Both the position numbers and the translations under genes were made by a program. This document shows positions 24,401 through 26,616 of a DNA stretch of 26,616 bases, one piece after another. The stretch's first letter is position 1; each line of letters opens with the position of its first letter. The notes below the pieces were generated by a model that was not told where the DNA came from, made no database searches, and saw only the letters and a list, made by a program, of their open reading frames with translations. This DNA is from an uncultured bacterium (lineage in GTDB: Bacteria > Patescibacteriota > Minisyncoccia > Phycocordibacterales > JAACPR01), in contig CBKWTF010000001.1 of the NCBI GenBank assembly GCA_966677695.1, positions 1 to 26,616 on the forward strand, given 5' to 3'.

Positions 24401-26332
24401 TTCCGGGTAGACAATACCGTCATCGCGAATGATACGGCGGCACCGTATGCAGCGACATTCAACGCGTCTGCTCTTGCAAGCGGAGCGCATACGATCTACG
24501 CAATCGCTCGAGATGCGGCCGGAAACGTCCGAACCGCATCGGTCTCGGTAATCGTGGGAACAACACAGCCGGTCGACAGTGACCAGGACGGGGTGCCTGA
24601 CCTGGTTGACCGATGTCCGAATACTCCTGAGCAGTTCCGAAACAACGTGAACCGATACGGATGTCCGAAGCCGAAGGCCAATAACTTCGACCTCACGACA
24701 AACTTCGATGATGTTGATCTTGCCGCCGTGCAGAACCTGCAGATCGGTATCAGCAACATTGGAAAAATCGAGTATTCGAACCAGACAATTAACCTGGTAC
24801 AAAGCAACGGAAGCTCTCAGTTCGACATCGATACCCATGTGGACATCGATCCGGGAAGGGTATCTGTCGACTCGTCACGAGCTCCGCAGCTCAACAAGCC
24901 TGCGACGATCACGCTCTACAACATCACTACGCCAAACCCTGTGATCATGAGAGACGGTCAGGTGTGTACGAACTGTACGATTGTGTCACACGTGAACGGA
25001 GTGCTTGTCTTCACGGTGCAGGGATTCTCGACATATACCGTAGTGGGTGACTCACAGGCGCCTACGGTGCCGGGAGGACTGTCGTCTTCCGACGTAACCT
25101 CTTCGCGCATAACGCTCTCGTGGAACGCGTCAACCGACAACGTCGGCGTGACTGCGTACGAGGTGTACCGTGACTCGACCCTTGTCACAACGACAAGCCT
25201 GCGAACGTATACGGATAGCAACCTGTCGCCCGATACGTCCTACACCTATACTGTCAGGGCGAAGGATGCGGCAGGAAATCGGTCTTCTGCATCAGCGGAC
25301 CACACCGTAAGGACCGACAAGAGCTCATCAGGCTCAGGAGGAAGCTCGGGCGGAGGAGGCGGAGGATCGTCTTCGAAGGGGATCAAGGTTTCGTGTACGA
25401 TTTCGGACACCAGCATCGCTCCGGGAAGTGTCATTACGATCGGAGCAATCGTGTCAGGAGGAAAGTCTCCGTATACGTATTCTTGGACAAAGGATGCCTC
25501 TGACATCTCAGGGTTCAATCGAACGGCTCAGAACCAGTCGGTACGAATGAGCGAGAAGGGATCGTACAGCCTGTCGGTAAAGGTTACGGATGCGGACAAG
25601 AGGTCGAAAACTGACAGCTGTTCTCGAATTACGGTAAGCGAGAGGTATAACACCACTTCCGGTTCAACAGGATCTATGGGCTCAACCGGGTCGACTGGAT
25701 CGACCGGAAGCACCGGTTCATCTGGCTCAGTCGGAGGAACTGCATATGCCTTCTACCGGGACCTGACCATCGGGTCGACCGGTGAAGACGTACGACAGCT
25801 GCAGAGGTTCCTGAACGCTCAAGGATTCACTGTCTCGGTATCCGGGGCGGGATCAGTAGGAAACGAGAGCTCCTACTTCGGTCCTGCTACAACCGCGGCG
25901 CTTGCGCGGTACCAGGCGGCAAACGCCATCAGTCCTGCGGTGGGATACTTCGGTCCTCTGACCCGAACGCGGGCAAACGGAGGGACAACCGTGTCTGCGC
26001 CTTCTGTGGCGACGCCGTCGGTAACGCCTCCAGTCGTGACGACTCCGGTAGTTACCGCGCCGTCTACGGGAACAACATCCGTCTACCTGGGCAAGAATCT
26101 TGCTCCGGGCGTGACTGATGCGGATGTTCTCATCCTGCAGAAGTTCCTTAACAAGTACGGATTTACTGTTGCGGTTTCAGGATCAGGGGCTCCTGGAAAC
26201 GAGAGTACGTACTATGGTGAGCTGACTAAGCAGGCGGTAAAGCGGTTCCAGGCCTCGAAGGGACTTCCGTCTGACGGATGGACCTACGAGCGAACCAGAG
26301 CGGCAATCAATGCCGCAGGAGCGTCGATTTAG
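12413..26332 (+). CDS. Giant (4639 aa) secreted multidomain glycan-active surface protein / adhesin with C-terminal peptidoglycan-binding domains
   Basis: A single uninterrupted ORF with the N-terminal signal/anchor MKKLLIIGSSLVALTIFALG and about 30 recognisable modules. These are 3 beta-helix-like domains, DUF5060+TIM barrel+collagen-bind-like, a CBM-like module, 2 lectin-like, 2 SH3b, 3 PKD/REJ, 5 chitinase-type FN3, 2 Fn3-associated, 4 InlB-B/Flg_new-like, Ig-like domains, a TSP3 motif and 2 PG_binding_1. Confidence 0.93.
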   Translation: MKKLLIIGSSLVALTIFALGGSIPDSRSSASVTDLIPKRTEPVSDGIPTEILAQNESPQEVSAQTETFVVNGGATTKSASSDELAFAGSRDVVDHTNSSSDSSDFVAVATPESRDSGGSSLRSAETAELSASAPTRVPSYGPNGTHWPSNIPTPFMYDTTVPNIIEVEPNWTDLSNAIKSVTDQQANEGTLILIKSGTVENPTVMRGNGNGSGSDPVLAEIGSEIRNSEFPNRPRTKRITVAPSNGYGTLRWENGVHIRRVKGVAFAGIIADQGIKSRGNTQSAFAWILAESGQTGFYGHKDQDTYGMEIVEYVVPEAQAKSDDTADVYSVDGVVEDFDVVGSYFAPRFWLYSDCTPQDCPHTDTFQYATGGGGSYGDMSLSDSVFFASNNSVIQTGNVIGLDIDHSFIVGGDESFKRYPITGGSDVSREGNFSAFNGSGRGFNLTNSFVFGEIKLNNRDASRVWSNVSNTKIAQPSGKYDGGLNDPLSGDWTYESGMTMASAGIPAKPTEEYLLTIWGKDITPRTAAPEFSPSGTSFNDSVTVSLSSNTAGAAIYYTTNGSTPTTSSTRYAGPFTLSSSATVKAIAVSAGLDNSFVQSKTYTIVQPGLPVITRQPAAQSAPVGSSATFTVEATGNPAVSGYQWKKNGASIAGATSASYTTPALTSADSGSTYTVVVTNAQGSVESQGAALLVADMTSDSSYQERSISSLSGTFTYEFSVTPLAANMNAVTGLTGKSSAVSDYGDFSMMIRMYDGRFDARNGGAYGYNGAQEVRFEVGRTYQVKFVVDSSAKEYDVFVDGKLIGDNFDFRNTTYTTFNKIAYRAEVGSHTIGLTGSTGGGEDTQAPVVNAGPDQTITLPTNSVTLNADVSDNQPVTNLANVWTRQSGPAAVSFGNENSIDTTATFTTAGTYVLRLTSNDGDNTGYDEITIVVRPQEGVNQAPVVSAGSDVSITTGGTATLDGTVTDDGLPAGSTVAQTWSRVEGPGTVTFANPSAQDTTATFSAPGIYTLRLTATDGTLQATDDVVVSVGGGTGEIVLSGERKQWHKITLTMDGPNTSESASTNPFRDYRVDVTFTHPSSGTTYIVPGYYAADGNAAESSASAGNKWRAHFAPDRTGTWNYSVSFRTGSNVAIAASRTAGTSAGYFDGQTGSFSVSATDKSGKDLRGKGRLVYDGEHYLKFAGTGERFIKAGVDSPENLLAYEDFDNTPRVGGGTIKSYSAHAGDYASGDPEWQNNKGTELIGAINYLSSEGLNAISFLTFNVDGDDGNVYPFTAENVEDRFDVSKLDQWQIVFDHATAKGMYLHFKLMEAENDGNLVTEQFKLYTRELIARYGHELALNWNLGEENGLSASILTDWAQYLKDTDPYQHNRVLHLLCGDFGTCTSKYFGMMGSNSQLTGFSLQGTDASDFQNTFAHVKAFVDESAERGKKWVVAMDEPGDSSAGVKADTASSNNQDIARKHGLWGTIMAGGQGVEWYFGSSDDIALQNFRTRDNFYAYNKYAVDFLTSNGLPVAGLTNQNSLISGGSATGNKVLAKTGEVYLVQLINGGNATLNLSGTSGTFNVKWLNPRTGAVTTGANVAGGSSVTLNAADSNDWVVLVKRGTGTVDPDPTGAYQENGGVVVIEAENTASDREDGTDFWALRRPGDSRYVANATNDAHLEYRSNTSLDDTPGAVPVTYTFKINEGGYYQLHIRAHKNIEDETRPDLNNDAYIKVSGVNGSTYTAGPNAGSTHLKDAPLSMLQNYTKIAGGSDSTWAWADQLDAGGDNNKRWPVYGFQTGGTYTLTMSGRSRGFAPDRFVFRKVDEIPMPLAKNYAIPESSKVEGGTNPNITPITNGSTQVRTLEYVNVRTVPSVSGNTPLGRMPFGSQGTIMEGPVVSSDNLVWWRVNFAATSTDGWTGGDNLEVIPGTGGGDENLAPTVNAGADQAITLPTNSVTLTGTATDSDGTVSSRQWTKVSGGTANLSGATTNTLSVSGLEEGTYVFRFTATDNEGASSSDEMTVTVSRQVAVGSAVYVRAGAAGNGSSWTNALGSIPPSASLERGMTYYIADGSYGSYLFDKAKDGTKLVTFKKATVADHGTNEGWQSSYGDGQAVFTSFKIDGTGYFTLDGNIGSDKFAEKGILISSQSRQTAFRIDDSDYVTIEGIEVDANYDDRISCNVAEVIGQDISDGGYNTTNITIKKSHFRNGGDDGLVLYNVKDLIFEDNEISDLFGYNIEAHPTDGCGNGHSDGIEIKTVTNAVFNRNYFHSIDKTSAFLPSNWTSNYGTASSDAEERNITVTNNIFHTPNASGAVYVQHMKDAKFFHNTISQGQYSGVIMETKGDYKIVENFDIANNIISAFAIKDEVGNSQLDIDYNLLIGPEVHSFNPHVPSTNDINLGWEMNKAFPANLYAGSDVNAHYVPGKGHPNWGPEASAFTPAATNPGINKGKTGLPTSVTIGGVTVDISKDFFGNSRSGAPDMGAIEFSGSSQANRLVAVTVFGAGDVTGNGISCGADCSEVYSSGESVTLTATPRPNATFAGWSGACAGTGTCTVTVSDFKNVIATFNGGIDPDAWQVGDRVEATKTVRVRSGAGTGFATVIPDQNEGAQGTVTGGPASGSGLTWYKIKYDGYTTEGWTGADGLVRLSGGGEPDSTAPTVPGNLSEVSVTNTSASISWTASTDAVGVTGYEILRNGSVVGNSNTNSYTLTGLAKGTTYTITVKAFDAAGNKSAASAALTVTTSDSVDSIAPSVPAGLTKGTVTNTSASISWTASTDNVEVTGYDIYRDGALVGSSAGTSYSESGLAKATTYSYTVKAKDAAGNVSAPSAILSVTTTNIESKIPVRVKSFGPNGTHWPDKIDTPFMYDDTVTSIVINPSWTELQAALDSVTKAQADAGLRILIKPGTMAGKGITGGSQKMIADTGSAAWDQRVVVAPRDGYGTVTWTGGVRIENVEGVAFAGLKVEEPGIRFKGNNRSALAWINISGGNATPTQLLVGASNEKSVADVEIVEVVMRDSEATDSDASAVQGLSSGSNSIKRVTYAGSYLAPKFVTGSGHTDTLQFATGNYQDQVGSSIVDTALFGSSNATLQVGSTNGLKIDHSFLVAGETSLSRYPVLPGGDGPVEVVFNGGSTGMTAYDSIFVGGMGAPKWTEVRNTRTAKAGNTPSQGEWTVDPSLYDMRDDAAGYKNLVPYPTDAYLAQIWAKDGNPVTYRTLTINKTGSGSVTGATSGESFMDGSSVILTAVPATGATFTGWSGACTGTNATCTVVMSADKTVSASFSAVANPEYAITIAKTGTGTGTVSGATSGQQFTSGTVVTLTATPASGSTFAGWSGSCAGTNATCAVTMDAAKSVTATFNIATVAQYTLTVSKSGTGTGTVSGSAASQAYNSGTVVTLTATPDASSNFTGWSGACTGTNATCQVTMSSNKTVTATFAAKPADQVATPTFSPTSTSSADPITVTISSATTGATIRYTTNGSTPTTSSAQYTGPITVSSSQTIKAIATKSGMTNSAVGEATYAIVPVTGGAGPFTSSLSWLNKSFLELSGTANRTGIFTVTFNATPLDNDIDVVTALTDGAADGFNDLAATIRFNKLDPSYIDTVNGGSYDVDDEIVYEEDETYPVRMVVDVPNRHYSVWVTVNGVERQIARDYAFRTGSGVTQVSKLTNFSIRAVTGTHRITNVVIGQDGGSSDTQAPSTPVGLSSSNVTSSSATVSWNASSDNVGVTGYEVLRGTSAGNLSTVTTVTGTSFVDSALSANTTYYYAVKAKDAAGNVSAASNALTVRTNNVADIQAPTVPTNAQTSRESTTSVLIEWTSSSDNVGVSYYNIYRDGSVVATSPYPAYEDSGLTPNTTYVYRVSAVDGAQNESGLSSAVSTRTLSDVDDIAPEIRSFSVPSTSNSLTVAVNSFAASDNGETVEYYITESEAVPSGPSVAWSYAAPTSYTIKSGIGSGTYTLYAWARDAAGNISTPRIATVVVTLPDTILPEVVITAPAANSLVSGTSVAISATATDNVRVASVQFRVDNTVIANDTAAPYAATFNASALASGAHTIYAIARDAAGNVRTASVSVIVGTTQPVDSDQDGVPDLVDRCPNTPEQFRNNVNRYGCPKPKANNFDLTTNFDDVDLAAVQNLQIGISNIGKIEYSNQTINLVQSNGSSQFDIDTHVDIDPGRVSVDSSRAPQLNKPATITLYNITTPNPVIMRDGQVCTNCTIVSHVNGVLVFTVQGFSTYTVVGDSQAPTVPGGLSSSDVTSSRITLSWNASTDNVGVTAYEVYRDSTLVTTTSLRTYTDSNLSPDTSYTYTVRAKDAAGNRSSASADHTVRTDKSSSGSGGSSGGGGGGSSSKGIKVSCTISDTSIAPGSVITIGAIVSGGKSPYTYSWTKDASDISGFNRTAQNQSVRMSEKGSYSLSVKVTDADKRSKTDSCSRITVSERYNTTSGSTGSMGSTGSTGSTGSTGSSGSVGGTAYAFYRDLTIGSTGEDVRQLQRFLNAQGFTVSVSGAGSVGNESSYFGPATTAALARYQAANAISPAVGYFGPLTRTRANGGTTVSAPSVATPSVTPPVVTTPVVTAPSTGTTSVYLGKNLAPGVTDADVLILQKFLNKYGFTVAVSGSGAPGNESTYYGELTKQAVKRFQASKGLPSDGWTYERTRAAINAAGASI
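12818..13975 (+). other. Unassigned ~386-aa domain, copy 1 (predicted right-handed beta-helix, lyase-like)
   Basis: RVPSYGPNGTHWP...APSNGYGTLRW...VKGVAFAGI...SYFAPRF...PHTDTFQY...IDHSFIVGG...IWGKD; colinear with copy 2. Confidence 0.6.
15512..17218 (+). other. DUF5060 + clan GH-A-like (beta/alpha)8 glycoside hydrolase (DUF4038/GH140-like architecture) + collagen-binding-2-like beta domain
   Basis: GERKQWHKITLTMDGP...NPFRDYRVDVTFTHP...GYYAADG...WRAHFAPDRTGTWNY; RFDVSKLDQWQIVFDHA; NWNLGEEN (16433-16453); WVVAMDEPG (16715-16729); LWGTIMAGGQGVEWYFG; WLNPRTG...DWVVLVKR. Confidence 0.7.
17924..20284 (+). other. Two bacterial SH3-like domains (17924-18130 and 20072-20284)
   Basis: VNVRTVPS...G...GTIMEGP...WWRVNF...GWTGGDNL and VRVRSGAGT...GTVTGGP...WYKIKY...GWTGADGL fit the SH3b pattern. 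Confidence 0.7.
18452..19807 (+). other. Right-handed parallel beta-helix (pectin-lyase-like) domain with C-terminal PDMGAIE motif
   Basis: YVRAGAAGNGSSWTNA start; repeats TNITIKKSHF, KDLIFEDNEI, NAVFNRNYF, NITVTNNIF, AKFFHNTI, DIANNII; GHSDGIE; end DFFGNSRSGAPDMGAIEF. Confidence 0.8.
20879..21964 (+). other. Unassigned ~362-aa domain, copy 2
   Basis: RVKSFGPNGTHWP...APRDGYGTVTW...VEGVAFAGL...SYLAPKF...GHTDTLQF...IDHSFLVAG...IWAKD; 20 nt identical to copy 1 (12836-12855 vs 20897-20916). Confidence 0.6.
21980..22648 (+). repeat. Three tandem InlB-B/Flg_new-like repeats (a fourth copy at 19832-20047)
   Basis: Y.LT..K.G.G.G.V.G......G..V.LTA.P..G..F.GWSGAC.GT...C.V.M...K.V.A.F; copies at 22100-22144 and 22562-22606 share 45 identical nt. 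Confidence 0.85.
25751..26314 (+). other. Two peptidoglycan-binding (PG_binding_1-like) domains, 25751-25978 and 26087-26314
   Basis: RDLTIGSTGEDVRQLQRFLN.QGF...GNESSYFGPATTAALARYQ...GYFGPLTR and KNL.PG....DV..LQKFLN.YGF...GNESTYYGELTKQAVKRFQ. Confidence 0.9.
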
Positions 26333-26440
26333 GCGGAAATATCCTCAAGACATACTCATAATATGGCTTGAAATAAGGATAATGTGAGAACCAGTGTCTC
26401 TGTGACACCAAAGCAAGGCTCAAAGTAGGGGCAAAAACGC

Positions 26441-26468
26441 AAAGGGCGCGCCGATCGGCGCGCTTTTT
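26441..26468. terminator. Intrinsic terminator after the giant gene
   Basis: AAAGG-GCGCGCCGATCGGCGCGC-TTTTT: an 18-bp perfect palindromic core extended by G-U and A-U pairs, then a T tract. Confidence 0.75.
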
Positions 26469-26516
26469 CGCATGCACCGTTTGGTTGTCCTCAGTCGCTA
26501 GGCGATGAAAAGGCCA

Positions 26517-26616
26517 AGAAAAGGGACCTAAAGAAGGGCTCTCGGAGCGCGCCGGCGCGAGAGTGAGGCGATTTTTCAGCAGAAAATATGCCGTACCTTC
26601 TTTAGGTCCCTTTTCT
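26517..26616. mobile_element. ~100-bp MITE/REP-like element with perfect 21-bp terminal inverted repeats (may extend past the window end)
   Basis: AGAAAAGGGACCTAAAGAAGG (26517-26537) is the exact reverse complement of 26596-26616. The 58-bp interior has two further hairpins. No transposase is in the window, so mobility is not shown. Confidence 0.45.

Larger units (their letters stand above)
20306..25315 (+). repeat. Five chitinase-type FN3 modules (starts 20306, 20585, 23417, 23711, 25049)
   Basis: DxxAP[TS]xPxxL...SxxxSWxASxDNVGV[TS]xYxxY...YxYxVxAxDAAGNxS; copies 1 and 2 share 43/44 nt (20351-20394 vs 20630-20673). Confidence 0.9.

Noticed and set aside
12624-25713. Overlapping ORFs within the giant gene, including the 229-aa antisense ORF 21877-22566
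   Set aside because: They mirror the repeats of the sense protein, and stop-codon scarcity on the antisense strand is expected from its codon usage.
25655-25740. GSTGS tandem repeats as a contingency or phase-variation locus
   Set aside because: Codons differ between units (GGT TCA, GGA TCT, GGG TCG, GGA AGC), so it is an old flexible linker and not a slippage-prone DNA repeat.

Overview
GC-rich coding and AT-rich intergenic bacterial DNA, with all supported genes on the + strand. It is very probably from a Patescibacteria/CPR (Parcubacteria-like) genome, judged from the S12 'KDVG' variant, S7 starting MRR, the extended L7/L12 N-terminus, the absence of Shine-Dalgarno motifs, CPR-type peptidoglycan-binding domains and giant genes. 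A 4.8-kb island of translation genes (rpsL-rpsG, fusA, a small membrane protein, an L10 leader, rplJ-rplL; no tuf, rplK/rplA or rpoBC) sits between two giant extracellular-protein genes. The first is the 3' 7 kb of a phage-tail-fibre-like, probably trimeric adhesin: >=12 G[IV]GT shaft repeats, DNA-identical junction boxes, a peptidase S74 autocleaving chaperone, then an unusual Cys-module and Gly/Ser/Asp tail. The second is a complete 4639-aa secreted multidomain protein with three predicted beta-helix domains (two are copies of one domain I cannot assign to a family), a DUF5060/GH-A-like TIM-barrel module, lectin/CBM-like modules, two SH3b domains, FN3/PKD/Ig/InlB-B spacers and two C-terminal peptidoglycan-binding domains. 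The intergenic DNA is rich in structure: a probable L10 attenuator with alternative pairings, several perfect hairpins, a DnaA box and phased direct repeats. It also holds a family of related palindromes, including a ~100-bp element with 21-bp perfect terminal inverted repeats at the window end. Domain names come from motif recognition, not database searches.
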